Shown here: piece after piece, positions 38,837 to 48,734 of the stretch
How positions within the stretch are numbered: position 1 is the first letter of the stretch
How the letters are laid out: each line of letters begins with the position of its first letter
NCBI GenBank assembly: GCA_038252405.1
Contig: JBBSAJ010000003.1
Span: 72,381 to 136,380 of the forward strand
Direction: 5' to 3'
Origin: Actinomycetes bacterium
GTDB lineage: Bacteria; Actinomycetota; Actinomycetes; Prado026
DNA length: 64,000 nt
Translations under genes and position numbers: made by a program
Notes under the pieces: model-generated
Database searches by the model: none
What the model was told of the DNA's origin: nothing
The model's input: only the letters and a program-made list of their open reading frames with translations

Positions 38837-40775
38837 GCGCGCGCAGCGAGCGCCGGACGACCGCCGGGTCGTCGGTGCGCCAGAACGGCGGCAGCGAACG
38901 CAGCAGGAACCCTGCGTAGCGCGCGGTGGCCAGCCGGGAGTCGAGCACGGCCACCACGCCGCGGTCCTGCGCCGAGCGGATCAGCCGGCCGGACCCCTGC
39001 GCCAGCAGCAGCGCCGCGTGCGCGGCGCTGACCGCCATGAACCCGGCCGCCCCGGCGGCGTCCTGCCGGGCCCTGACCAGCGGGTCGTCGGGCCGCGGGA
39101 ACGGGATGCGGTCGATGACCACCAGCTGGCAGGCGTGGCCGGGGACGTCGACGCCCTGCCACAACGACAAGGTGCCGAACAGGCAGCTGGCCGGGTCCGC
39201 GGCGAAGCGCCGGACCAGCTCGGCCGTGGCGTCGTCGCCCTGGCACCACAGGGTCAGCTCGGGCAGCCGTGCGCGCAGCTCCTCGGCGGCCTGCTCGGCG
39301 GCGCGCAGCGAGGAGAACAGCCCCAGGGTGCGACCGCCCGCGGCCTCGACCAGGCCGGCCAGCTCGTCGAGGAACGCCTCGGACGGCCCGTCGCGACCGG
39401 GCGGCGGCAGCTGCCGGGCCACGTAGAGGATGCCCTGCCTGGGGTAGTCGAACGGCGAGCCGACATCCAGCCCGGCCCACGCGGGGGGCGCCTCACCGGG
39501 CGCGCCCCGGGTCAGCCCGAGCGCGTCGGCCACCGGGTCGAAGCTGCCGCCGAGCTCGAGGGTGGCCGAGGTCAGGATGACGGTCACGCCCTTGAACAGC
39601 TGCTCGCGCAGCAGGTCCGCGATGGACAGCGGCGCGCGGTACAGAGCCGGGGGACGCCGCTCGGAGTGGGTGACCCACACGACGTCGTGCGCGCCCGCCT
39701 CGAGCACCCGTCCCGCGATCTCGTGCACCTCCTCGACGGCAGCCCTGGCCCGGACCCGGCCGGCGTCGGCGTCCTCCTCGCCGGCGTCCTTGCCGCTCTT
39801 CCCGCTGCTCTCGGCGAGCGCCGCGTGGCCGACGTCCCGTACCGCGACCAGCGCGTCGAAGAGCAGGCCGCGCAGGCCCACCAGCCGCCCGGGCTCGGCC
39901 TCGCGCAGACCCTCCTCGAGCGCGGCCGCGGCAGCGAGCAGGTTCTCGTGGGTGGTCGCCTCGACGTGCCGGCGGATCCGGCGCGCGGCTCGCTCGACCA
40001 GACCGGCCGTGAGCTCGTCGGTGACCGCTCCGGTGGCCCGGTCGACCAGCTCGTGGCCCTCGTCGACCACGACGACGTCGTGCTCGGGCAGCAGCGGGAT
40101 CCCGGACATCGCGTCGATGGCCAGCATGGCGTGGTTGGTGACCACGACGTCGGCGCGGCGGGCCTGCTCGCGGGCCGCCTCGGAGAAGCACTCGGCGGCG
40201 TAGCGGCACCGGGCTGCGCCCAGGCACTCGTGACTGGTGGCGGACAGCGACCGCCAGGCCCGCTCCATCGGCGCCGGCACCAGCTCGTCGCGGTCACCGG
40301 TCTCCGTGCTGTCCGCCCACGCCCGGATCCGCCGGACGTCGCGGCCCAGCGGCGTGGTCGGGGCGGGCGCGAACAGCATGGCGTCGTCGTCCTCGGCCGG
40401 GCCCTCGTTCAGCCGGTGCAGGCACAGGTAGTGGTGCCGGCCCTTGAGGATCGCGAACTTCGGACGCCGCTCGAGCAGCGGCTCGAGAGCGTCGACCACG
40501 CGCGGCAGGTCACGCTCGACCAGCTGCCGCTGCAGCGCGATGGTCGCCGTGGCGACGATGACCGGATGCTCGCCGGCCGCGCTGTGCAGGACCGCCGGGA
40601 CGAGATAGGCCAGGCTCTTGCCGGTCCCGGTGCCGGCCTGGACGAGCAGGTGCTCGTGCGCGTCGATCGCGGCGGCGACGGCCTCGGCCATCCGCTGCTG
40701 CCCCACGCGTGACTGGCCGCCGACCGCGTGGACGGCGGCGTCCAGGGCGCTGGCCAGGTCCACCACGCCGTCCAT
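38820..40775 (-). CDS. dinG: ATP-dependent DNA helicase DinG
   Basis: QAGTGTGKS, DEGH, TSATL, WQGVDVPG, QGSGRLIR. Confidence 0.93.
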   Translation of the reverse strand: MDGVVDLASALDAAVHAVGGQSRVGQQRMAEAVAAAIDAHEHLLVQAGTGTGKSLAYLVPAVLHSAAGEHPVIVATATIALQRQLVERDLPRVVDALEPLLERRPKFAILKGRHHYLCLHRLNEGPAEDDDAMLFAPAPTTPLGRDVRRIRAWADSTETGDRDELVPAPMERAWRSLSATSHECLGAARCRYAAECFSEAAREQARRADVVVTNHAMLAIDAMSGIPLLPEHDVVVVDEGHELVDRATGAVTDELTAGLVERAARRIRRHVEATTHENLLAAAAALEEGLREAEPGRLVGLRGLLFDALVAVRDVGHAALAESSGKSGKDAGEEDADAGRVRARAAVEEVHEIAGRVLEAGAHDVVWVTHSERRPPALYRAPLSIADLLREQLFKGVTVILTSATLELGGSFDPVADALGLTRGAPGEAPPAWAGLDVGSPFDYPRQGILYVARQLPPPGRDGPSEAFLDELAGLVEAAGGRTLGLFSSLRAAEQAAEELRARLPELTLWCQGDDATAELVRRFAADPASCLFGTLSLWQGVDVPGHACQLVVIDRIPFPRPDDPLVRARQDAAGAAGFMAVSAAHAALLLAQGSGRLIRSAQDRGVVAVLDSRLATARYAGFLLRSLPPFWRTDDPAVVRRSLRALRGSS

Positions 40776-40808
40776 TGTCCGGCACGGTCACCGCCCGTCC
40801 GGCGGCGG

Positions 40809-43478
40809 TCAGAGCCGTCCCGGTGCGTGACGGGCGCCGAGCTTCGACGGTGCTGGCAGAAGGGACCCTTCATGGGCCGCGGTGGCGGTGAGGGAGGCGG
40901 TGGTGAGGGAGGCGGTGGTGAGGGAGGCGGTGAGGTACTCGGTCAGCTCGGCGGCCGGCATGGGCCGGGCGAACAGGTAGCCCTGGCCGCGGTCGCAGCC
41001 CATGGCCAGCAGGGCGGCGTGCTGCTCCGCGGTCTCGATGCCCTCGGCCACCGTGGTCAGCCGCAGCGCCGTGCCGAGCCGGACGATCGTGCGGGCGACC
41101 TCGGCCTCCTCCGACCCCCGCCGTCCGACCGACTCCACGAACGACCGGTCGATCTTGAGCACATCGACCGGGACCCGGGACAGGTAGGACAGCGACGAGT
41201 AGCCGGTGCCGAAGTCGTCCAGCGCCAGACCCACCCCCATGGTCCGCAGCTGGCGCAGCAGACCGAGCGCCTCGTCGGTGCGCTCGAGCAGCACCGACTC
41301 GGTCACTTCGAGGGTCAGCGCGTCCGCGGGCAGCCCGCTCTCGGCGAGCGCGGCCTGGACGACGCGGGGCCAACCCGGCAGCAGCTGGCGAACCGACACG
41401 TTCACCCCGACGTGGAACGACTGACCCGGCAGCGCGAACCGCTGCCACTCCACCGCGTTGCGGCAGGCCTCTCCCAGGATCCAGGCGCCCAGCTCGTGCA
41501 CGACGCCGGTCTCCTCGGCCAGCCCGATGAAGTCGCCCGGAGCGACCACGCCCCTGGTCGGGTGGTTCCACCGGACCAGCGCCTCGGCCCCCACCGCCAG
41601 CCCGGTGTCCAGGTCAACCACCGGCTGGAACAGCACGGCCAGCTCCCCGCCGGCCACCGCAGCCCGCAGCTCGGACTCGACCCGCACCCGGGCCAGCAGG
41701 GCGTCGTGCATCTCCTCCTCGAAGCGCACGAACATGGTTCGCTCGGCGGCCTTCGCCTTGTACATGGCCAGGTCAGCGTTGCGCAGCAGCTGGTCGGCCG
41801 TCTCGTCCCCACGGTCGTTCACGGCCAGCCCGATGGACCCGCCGAGGGTGAGGGTCCGCCCGTCCAGCTGGAACGGGCTGCCCAGCTGCCGCCAGATCCG
41901 TCGGGCTACCCAGGCGGCGTGGTGCTCGACGTCGTCGTCTCGCAGCAGCACCCCGAACTCGTCGCCGCCCAGGCGGGCCACCACATCCCCGGTGCGCACG
42001 CAGCCGGACAGCCGACGGCCCACCAGCTCGAGCAGTCGGTCGCCGCTGGCGTGGCCCTGGGTGTCGTTGACCGACTTGAACCCGTCCAGGTCGACGAACA
42101 GGACGGCGACCCGGCCCGCTTCGGCACCCTCGAGCGCCCGCTGCACCCGGTCGCTGAACAGGGTGCGGTTGGCCAGCCCGGTCAGCGGGTCGGTGTGGGC
42201 CTGCGCGGTCAGCTGGTCGGCCAGCCGACGGTGCTCGCTGATGTCCCGCATGGTCAGCACCAGGCCATGGATGTCGTCGTCCTTGAGCAGCGAGGTCGCG
42301 GTCACGTCGGTCAGCACCCACCGCTCGTCGCGGTGCCAGACCGACAGCTCCAGGTCGTGGCTGACACCGGGCTGGCTGATGCAGGCGGCGAGGGCGCCGG
42401 CCAGCAGCTCCTCGCCGTCCGGGGTGAGCAGCCGCCGGAACGACAGCCCGACCAGCCGCTCCGGGTCGTAGCCGAGGATCCGGCGACCGGACGGCGTCAT
42501 GTACCGGATCATGCCGTCAGCGTCCAGCACGGTGACGACGTCGGAGCCGTGCTGCACGAGCGCGCGGAACCACTTCTCCCTGGTGCCCAGGACGAGGGTG
42601 CGCTCCTCGACCCTGGCCTGCAGGGTGCGGGCGACGCGCAGCGCGTCCAGCCGGGTGAGGGTCGCGCCGCCGAGCAGCAGGACGAGCGTCGCCAGCCCGA
42701 AGGCCCTGCCGATGCTCGACAGCTCGATCGCCCGTAGCGCGTCGAGCAGCACCATGACGCCGCCGAGCACCAGCGGCAGCAGCGGGACCAGGACAGCGAC
42801 GCGCTCGCGCCGGCGGGCGTCCACCGGGCGTTCGGCGACGCGGACCGGCCGGCTGGCGCCATAGGTGACCAGGGCCGAGCCGATGACGAGGACGATGAGG
42901 CCGGCGACCTCGACCGGACGGTACCGCTCGGCCACGGCCAGGGCGGCCAGGACGAGCCCGAGGACGCCCGCGAGCAGTCCACCGGCCACCGGTCCGATGG
43001 TCGGGAACGGCAGGCCCCCGGGCAGCTGGGCCCTGGCCAGCACGTAGACCGCGGCCGTCGCGACGGCCGCCGCACCGATGGCGGCGGTGCCCTCGACCGC
43101 CTGTCGGACCGGCTGACTGTCCGGCAGCACGGCCGGCAGCACGAGCTCCCAGGTCAAGAAGGTGAAGGCCAGCGCGGCCACGGCGGCGTCGCTGGCACGC
43201 TGCACCCGGCGGAACCGGTCAGCCGGCGGGTGCGGCAGCGCCAGCACCCCGACGACGGCGAGCGGGGCCGCGACCAGCTGGAACAGGTCGGGCAGCAGTG
43301 CCGGGATCCCGCGGAGCGAGCCGGGCTGCGCCACCTGGGCGGCCTGCAGCAGGAGGGCCACGGCGAGCACGATCCAGGGCGCGCGAGAGCCCGGAGGCTC
43401 TCGCCGGCCACGCAGCGCGCACGCTGCGGCGGCCGTCGCCCCCGCCATCACCACCACCAGTGCTGGCACCCAGGCCAT
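40809..43478 (-). CDS. Membrane PAS-GGDEF-EAL diguanylate cyclase/phosphodiesterase
   Basis: N-terminal TM region, PAS, RLGGDEF, AEALVRW, DDFGTGYSS. Confidence 0.93.
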   Translation of the reverse strand: MAWVPALVVVMAGATAAAACALRGRREPPGSRAPWIVLAVALLLQAAQVAQPGSLRGIPALLPDLFQLVAAPLAVVGVLALPHPPADRFRRVQRASDAAVAALAFTFLTWELVLPAVLPDSQPVRQAVEGTAAIGAAAVATAAVYVLARAQLPGGLPFPTIGPVAGGLLAGVLGLVLAALAVAERYRPVEVAGLIVLVIGSALVTYGASRPVRVAERPVDARRRERVAVLVPLLPLVLGGVMVLLDALRAIELSSIGRAFGLATLVLLLGGATLTRLDALRVARTLQARVEERTLVLGTREKWFRALVQHGSDVVTVLDADGMIRYMTPSGRRILGYDPERLVGLSFRRLLTPDGEELLAGALAACISQPGVSHDLELSVWHRDERWVLTDVTATSLLKDDDIHGLVLTMRDISEHRRLADQLTAQAHTDPLTGLANRTLFSDRVQRALEGAEAGRVAVLFVDLDGFKSVNDTQGHASGDRLLELVGRRLSGCVRTGDVVARLGGDEFGVLLRDDDVEHHAAWVARRIWRQLGSPFQLDGRTLTLGGSIGLAVNDRGDETADQLLRNADLAMYKAKAAERTMFVRFEEEMHDALLARVRVESELRAAVAGGELAVLFQPVVDLDTGLAVGAEALVRWNHPTRGVVAPGDFIGLAEETGVVHELGAWILGEACRNAVEWQRFALPGQSFHVGVNVSVRQLLPGWPRVVQAALAESGLPADALTLEVTESVLLERTDEALGLLRQLRTMGVGLALDDFGTGYSSLSYLSRVPVDVLKIDRSFVESVGRRGSEEAEVARTIVRLGTALRLTTVAEGIETAEQHAALLAMGCDRGQGYLFARPMPAAELTEYLTASLTTASLTTASLTATAAHEGSLLPAPSKLGARHAPGRL
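40887..40931. repeat. 15-bp tandem repeat x3 (GGTGAGGGAGGCGGT) encoding TASLT repeats
   Basis: Three perfect copies in the 3' tail of the GGDEF-EAL gene. Confidence 0.9.
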
Positions 43479-43589
43479 GCAGCCGGATCGACCTGGCGGG
43501 CCCGGCGGTGTAGCGCCACAGGTCAGCGGGCCGACCAAGGCCCCGCTGATTCACCCGTTCGGCCCACCCTCCCCTGCCGGAAGGTGCCC

Positions 43590-44981
43590 TCATGCGGGGG
43601 TGGGGTAGTGGGCGAGCTCGGCGGCCAGCGCCGGGTCGACCCGCGCGACCAGCCGGGTCCCGTCGGCCGTGTGCTCCTCGGCCTGCACGGCCCCATGGGC
43701 GTGCACCCGGGAGACCAGGTCGCCCCGGTCGTAGGGCACCAGCACGTCGACGTCCACGGCCGGCCGGGGCAGCTCCCGCTCGATCAGGGCGAGCAGCTCG
43801 TCCATGCCGGCGCCGGTCCGCGCGGACACCACGATGGCGCCCGGCTCGGCCCGCAGCACCCGGTTCACCACGAACGGGTCGGCGGCGTCCGCCTTGTTCA
43901 CCACGACCAGCTCGCGCACGGACGACGCGCCGATCTCGCGCAGCACCTCGCGGACGGCGGCCAGCTGGCCCTCGGGGCTCTCGTCCGAGCCGTCGACCAC
44001 GTGCAGCAGCAGGTCGGCGTCGGCGACCTCCTCCAGGGTCGAGCGGAACGCCTCGACCAGCTGGTGCGGAAGGTGCCGCACGAACCCGACCGTGTCGGTG
44101 AGGGTGTACTCGCGGCCGTCGGTGGTGCGGGCCCGGCGCACCGTCGGGTCCAAGGTGGCGAACAGCGCGTCCTCGACGAGCACGCCGGCGCCGGTCACCC
44201 GGTTGAGCAGACTGGACTTCCCCGCGTTGGTGTAGCCGACGATCGCGACGCTGGGCACCCCGTGCCGTCGCCGCTCGGTGCGCTTGGTCTCCCGCGCCGT
44301 CCCCATGCCGGTGATCTCGCGGCGCAGCTTGGACATCCGCGCCCGCAGCCGGCGGCGGTCCGTCTCGATCTTCGTCTCGCCGGGGCCGCGACCGCCGATC
44401 CCGACGCCGCCGGCCGCCCGGCCACCGACCTGCCGGGACATCGACTCGCCCCAGCCGCGCAGCCGGGGCAGCATGTACTGCATCTGGGCCAGCTCGACCT
44501 GGGCCTTGCCCTCGCGGCTCTTGGCGTGCTGGGCGAAGATGTCGAGGATCAGCGCCGTCCGGTCGACGACCTTGACCTTGACCACCTTCTCCAGCTGGAT
44601 CAGCTGGCCCGGGGTCAGCTCGCCATCGCAGATCACGGTGTCCGCGCCGGTCGACACGACGACGTCGCGCAGCTCGCGGGCCTTGCCGGAGCCGATGTAG
44701 GTGGCGGCGTCCGGCTTGTCGCGGCGCTGGATCAGCGCGTCGAGCACCTCCGACCCCGCGGTCTCGGCCAGCGCGGCCAGCTCGCGCATCGACTGCTCGG
44801 CCTGCGCCTGGGTGCCGTCGGTCCACACCCCGACCAGGACGACGCGCTCCAGGCGCAGCTGGCGGTACTCGACCTCGGTGACGTCGGCGAGCTCGGTGGA
44901 CAGGCCAGCCACCCGGCGCAGGGCCTGCCGGTCGGCCAAGTCGAGCTGATCGCCGTCGAACTCGGTGAAGGTGTCGGTCAT
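43590..44981 (-). CDS. hflX: GTPase HflX
   Basis: GPGETKIE, GYTNAGKS, LFATLD, DTVGF, NKAD. Confidence 0.97.
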   Translation of the reverse strand: MTDTFTEFDGDQLDLADRQALRRVAGLSTELADVTEVEYRQLRLERVVLVGVWTDGTQAQAEQSMRELAALAETAGSEVLDALIQRRDKPDAATYIGSGKARELRDVVVSTGADTVICDGELTPGQLIQLEKVVKVKVVDRTALILDIFAQHAKSREGKAQVELAQMQYMLPRLRGWGESMSRQVGGRAAGGVGIGGRGPGETKIETDRRRLRARMSKLRREITGMGTARETKRTERRRHGVPSVAIVGYTNAGKSSLLNRVTGAGVLVEDALFATLDPTVRRARTTDGREYTLTDTVGFVRHLPHQLVEAFRSTLEEVADADLLLHVVDGSDESPEGQLAAVREVLREIGASSVRELVVVNKADAADPFVVNRVLRAEPGAIVVSARTGAGMDELLALIERELPRPAVDVDVLVPYDRGDLVSRVHAHGAVQAEEHTADGTRLVARVDPALAAELAHYPTPA

Positions 44982-45415
44982 CGTGCTTCCAGGGTCGCAC
45001 GGACCGCTCACCGATGGCACGCCGATATCCGCCGACCGGCCGGTGACCCGATGGACGGGCAGCCGGCCCGGGCCTACAGTGCGCTCGCCATGTTCCCCTC
45101 GATGCCGCCGACCCCGCGCCGGGCGGCCCGCGCTGCCTCGTCCTCACCCGGGCGCTCCTCTTCGACCGGGTCGCCGCCGCGATCCTGCTGCCGCCGTGGA
45201 TCTTCCCCATCGGTGGTCGCCTTCCACGGCAGCTGGCACGGGCCACAGCTGGTGCTGAGCAGCCCGGACAACTCGTTCACCGAGCTGTTCACCCCGGCGG
45301 GAGCCATCCGGATGACGACCTCCACCGCTGATGCCGGGGGCACGACGGTGACGTTGAGCCACGGCTCCGCCGCCGGGTTCACGCAGGCGTGCCGGGCACT
45401 CGCCGCCGGTCGGGC

Positions 45416-47083
45416 ATGACGGTCTGGGCGGACCAGCCGGGATTCCCCGGTGCGCACCACGCTGCGGCGCACCACGACGGTCTCGACCATGTGGCTGCTC
45501 TACGACCCGACGACCTGTCCCGTACCTGGCTGCTGGACTTCCACCACCCGCGCGGGGTGGTGCCGTTGGCTATCCCCCTCGTCGACGACATCGCGACGGC
45601 CAGCCAGCAGGCTGCCCTCGAGCTCGGCCTGGGGCTCGGCGGCGGCTTCGCCTCGCGCCTCGTCGGGCCGCACGTCTACCTCGGCCCGTGCCCCGCGCAG
45701 TCGGCGATCGCGGTTGCCCGGCACGCCGCGGAGGCCGAGCTGGACGGCTACCCGGACCGGTTCGCGGCCGAGTGGGCCGACCACGTCTCCGAGCTGGGCT
45801 CGGCCTACGCGGCGCTGGACTCGGCCGACCTCGACGGTATCGACCGGGCCGGGCTGGCCACCTACCTGGCCGCCGCGCAGCGGCTGCACCGTCGGGCCTG
45901 GCAGATCCACTTCCACGTGCTGTACCGGGTGTTCGCCGTGCAGCACCGGTTCCTGGCGCAGTGCCGGGAGCTGGGGCTCAGCGACGTCGACGCGGCGGCG
46001 CTGCTGCAGGGCGACGACAACGCGATCCTGGCCTCCGACCAGGCGCTGGACGGGCTGGTCGCCTCGGCCCGCTCGGCCGGCCTGGACGTCGTGCTGCTGG
46101 CGGCCCCGCCGGGCGAGGTCGCCGTGGCCCTGCGGGAGCACCCGGGGGCGGCCGGCTGGCTGACCGAGCTCGGCGGCGTGCTCGCCCAGCACGGCGACCG
46201 GTCGGACGCCCTCGCCGACCTGACCGCGCCCAGCTGGCGGGAGGACCCGGAGATCCCGCTCGGGCTGGTCCGGGCCGCGCTGGCGGCGGGACCGCCCCGG
46301 CACCGGGTCCGGGCCGCCGAGCGACTGGCCGCGGTGCGGGCCCGGCTCAGCCCGGCCGCCCGGCCGCGGCTGGACGCGGCCCTGGACGTCGCGCTGCGGG
46401 CCAACGCGGTGTGGTGGAACGAGGAGCACGCCGCCTGGATCGACCTGCGGGTGCACCTGCCGGTGCGCCGAGGGGCGCTGGCGCTGGCCGCCGTGGTGGG
46501 CACGCCACGGCCGGACGACGGGCTGCTGCTGTTCCGGCGCGAGCTCGCCGACCTGCTGCACGGGTCGGCGTCCTGGTCGTCGCTGGCCGACCAGGTGGCC
46601 GAGCGCCGGGACTACCTCGCCCGGTGGGCCGTGCGGCGTGGCCAGCTGCCACCGCGGCTCGGCTCCGCCGGGCCGTGCTCGGACCCGGTCCTGGACGAGA
46701 TCCTCGGTGCCTCGCAGCCGGCGCGGTCCGGTGTCGGTCCGGTGCTGCACGGACTCGGTGTCTCGGTCGGGGTGGCCCGCGGGCCGGCCCGGGTGGTGCG
46801 CACGCCCGACCGGCTGCCCGACGTCCTGACCGGCGAGGTGCTCGTCTGCGAGGCGACGTCCCCGAGCTGGACGCCGGTGTTCGAGCGGCTGGCCGGCTGC
46901 GTGTGCGACTCGGGCGGGATGCTCACCCATGCGGCGACCATCAGCCGCGAGTACGGGCTGCCCTGCGTGTGCGCGCTGGGCGACGCGACCTCGGTCATCG
47001 CGGACGGCGACCTCGTCGAGGTGGACGGCGCCGCCGGCACGGTCCGCCTCCTGACCAGTTGTCAGGGTGAGGACGACGTATAG
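45416..47083 (+). CDS. PEP-utilising enzyme with phospho-His swivel domain, lacking ATP-grasp domain
   Basis: C-terminal GEVLVC..TSPSWTPVF...GGMLTHAATISREYGLPCV...VEVDG. Confidence 0.82.
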   Translation: MTVWADQPGFPGAHHAAAHHDGLDHVAALRPDDLSRTWLLDFHHPRGVVPLAIPLVDDIATASQQAALELGLGLGGGFASRLVGPHVYLGPCPAQSAIAVARHAAEAELDGYPDRFAAEWADHVSELGSAYAALDSADLDGIDRAGLATYLAAAQRLHRRAWQIHFHVLYRVFAVQHRFLAQCRELGLSDVDAAALLQGDDNAILASDQALDGLVASARSAGLDVVLLAAPPGEVAVALREHPGAAGWLTELGGVLAQHGDRSDALADLTAPSWREDPEIPLGLVRAALAAGPPRHRVRAAERLAAVRARLSPAARPRLDAALDVALRANAVWWNEEHAAWIDLRVHLPVRRGALALAAVVGTPRPDDGLLLFRRELADLLHGSASWSSLADQVAERRDYLARWAVRRGQLPPRLGSAGPCSDPVLDEILGASQPARSGVGPVLHGLGVSVGVARGPARVVRTPDRLPDVLTGEVLVCEATSPSWTPVFERLAGCVCDSGGMLTHAATISREYGLPCVCALGDATSVIADGDLVEVDGAAGTVRLLTSCQGEDDV

Positions 47084-47102
47084 GTCGTCGTCACCCTGAC
47101 AA
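47059..47102. terminator. Long inverted repeat between convergent genes
   Basis: TTGTCAGGGTGAgGACGAC-GTATAG-GTCGTCgTCACCCTGACAA, 19-bp arms with one mismatch. Confidence 0.65.
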
Positions 47103-47106
47103 GTCC

Positions 47107-47847
47107 TCAGCGGGCCGGGAAGGCGTGCGCCTTGGCGGCGTCCAGCAGGGCACGCAGCTCGGCCTGCTCGGCGTCGTCGAGCACCGCGTAGGCCGGCTGC
47201 ACCAGCCGGTCGGTGAGCGCCTCCGCGTCGGCGCGGACCCCGGCCAGGCCGCTGACGTCCTCGTACGGCGGGTCCCAGCCGAAGAACACCGCGTTGGCCT
47301 CGCCGCCCTTGCCCGAGAGCACCGCCTGCCGCGGGGTCAGCCCGGCCGCCAGGACGGCGACCGCGTGCAGCCCGCCCCGGTGCTCACGCAGCACGTGCAG
47401 GGCCTGGGCGCACCGCGCGGCCGGATCGTCGGGCAGCGGCATGGCCCGCCAGCCGGCGAACAGCGGCAGCGCCGAGACGTCGGCCTCGGCCGCGACCGTC
47501 CCGGCCAGCTCGGCCAGCCGGGCCGCGCCGGTGAAGCCCTCGAGCCGGGCCCGGCCCCACTCGTGGCAGGCCTGTCCGTAGCGGTCGGCCGCCTTGTCGG
47601 GCGCGACCGCCGCCCGGCCGGTCGTCCACGCCTGCCGGACGACGTCGACCGGGTAGAAGACGGTCGCGGCCGCCACGACGTCCGGGTGGACGTCGCCCAG
47701 CACTCCGCACCGGCCCAGGAAGTACGCCGACCACACGTCGGTCAGCCCGTGCTCGGCCGCCGCCGCCTTGGCGTAGCGGGAGATCATGAATCCGCCGCCG
47801 AGCAGGCTGACCTGATCCTTGACCGACGCCGCAAACGGCTCCCTCAT
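47107..47847 (-). CDS. SCO6745-family protein
   Basis: YFLGRCGVLG, PLFAGWRA, LREHRGGLH motifs; overlaps the dapF stop. Confidence 0.75.
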   Translation of the reverse strand: MREPFAASVKDQVSLLGGGFMISRYAKAAAAEHGLTDVWSAYFLGRCGVLGDVHPDVVAAATVFYPVDVVRQAWTTGRAAVAPDKAADRYGQACHEWGRARLEGFTGAARLAELAGTVAAEADVSALPLFAGWRAMPLPDDPAARCAQALHVLREHRGGLHAVAVLAAGLTPRQAVLSGKGGEANAVFFGWDPPYEDVSGLAGVRADAEALTDRLVQPAYAVLDDAEQAELRALLDAAKAHAFPAR

Positions 47848-48707
47848 CGATGGGCCTCCCACCACTCGCGACGGATCTCGCCCTCGGCCACCAGCACCGC
47901 CGGACCGGTCATGGCGATGTCGCCGTCCGCACCGACGGTCAGCGTGAGCCGGCCACCGGGGACGTCGACGGTCCAGCGCTGCGAGGGGTCGGCGCCCGGC
48001 CGCTGCCGGGCCGCGGCCAGGACGGCGCAGGCACCGGTACCGCAGGAGCGGGTCTCGCCGACGCCGCGTTCGAACACCCGAAAAGCCACGTGCGCCGGAC
48101 CCCGCTCGACGACGAACTCGACGTTGACGCCCTCGGGGAAGGTGGCCGCCGGGATCACGGTCGGCGGGTCCAGCAGCCGCCCGGCGTCGTCGAGGTCGTC
48201 GACGAACGCGACCGCGTGCGGGTTGCCCACGTCGACGGCCACGGCGTCGAAGCTGCGGCCGGCCACGGAGACCTCGACGGTGCCCGGGGCCACCACCGCG
48301 GGCCCCATGCCCACGGTCACGTCGCCGCCCGGCGGCACGTGCGCCCACTTCACGCCGCCCCGGGTGGCGATCCGCAGCGCACCGCTGGGAGCCAGGCCGG
48401 CGGTGACCAGGTAACGCGCGAACACCCGGGCACCGTTGCCGCACATCTGGGCCAGCGAGCCGTCGGCGTTGCGGTAGTCCATGAAGAATTTCGCCTCGTC
48501 GGCGTGCGGGGCGCCGTCCGGGTCCAGCCGGGACGGCACGACGCGCAGCACGCCGTCCGCGCCGATGCCAGCCCGGCGGTCGCACAGCGCAGCGACGAGG
48601 GAGCGAGTCAGCTCGAGACGGCCGTCGAGGTCGGGGAGCAGCACGAAGTCGTTCTCGGTGCCGTGCCCCTTGAGGAACGGCACCGAGCCGGGCTGGTCGT
48701 GGATCAC
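47844..48707 (-). CDS. dapF: Diaminopimelate epimerase
   Basis: KGHGTENDF, MCGNG, GNPHAV, ERGVGETRSCGTG. Confidence 0.96.
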   Translation of the reverse strand: MIHDQPGSVPFLKGHGTENDFVLLPDLDGRLELTRSLVAALCDRRAGIGADGVLRVVPSRLDPDGAPHADEAKFFMDYRNADGSLAQMCGNGARVFARYLVTAGLAPSGALRIATRGGVKWAHVPPGGDVTVGMGPAVVAPGTVEVSVAGRSFDAVAVDVGNPHAVAFVDDLDDAGRLLDPPTVIPAATFPEGVNVEFVVERGPAHVAFRVFERGVGETRSCGTGACAVLAAARQRPGADPSQRWTVDVPGGRLTLTVGADGDIAMTGPAVLVAEGEIRREWWEAHR

Positions 48708-48734
48708 CGCACCTCCTCGCGAGTCACCCGCACG

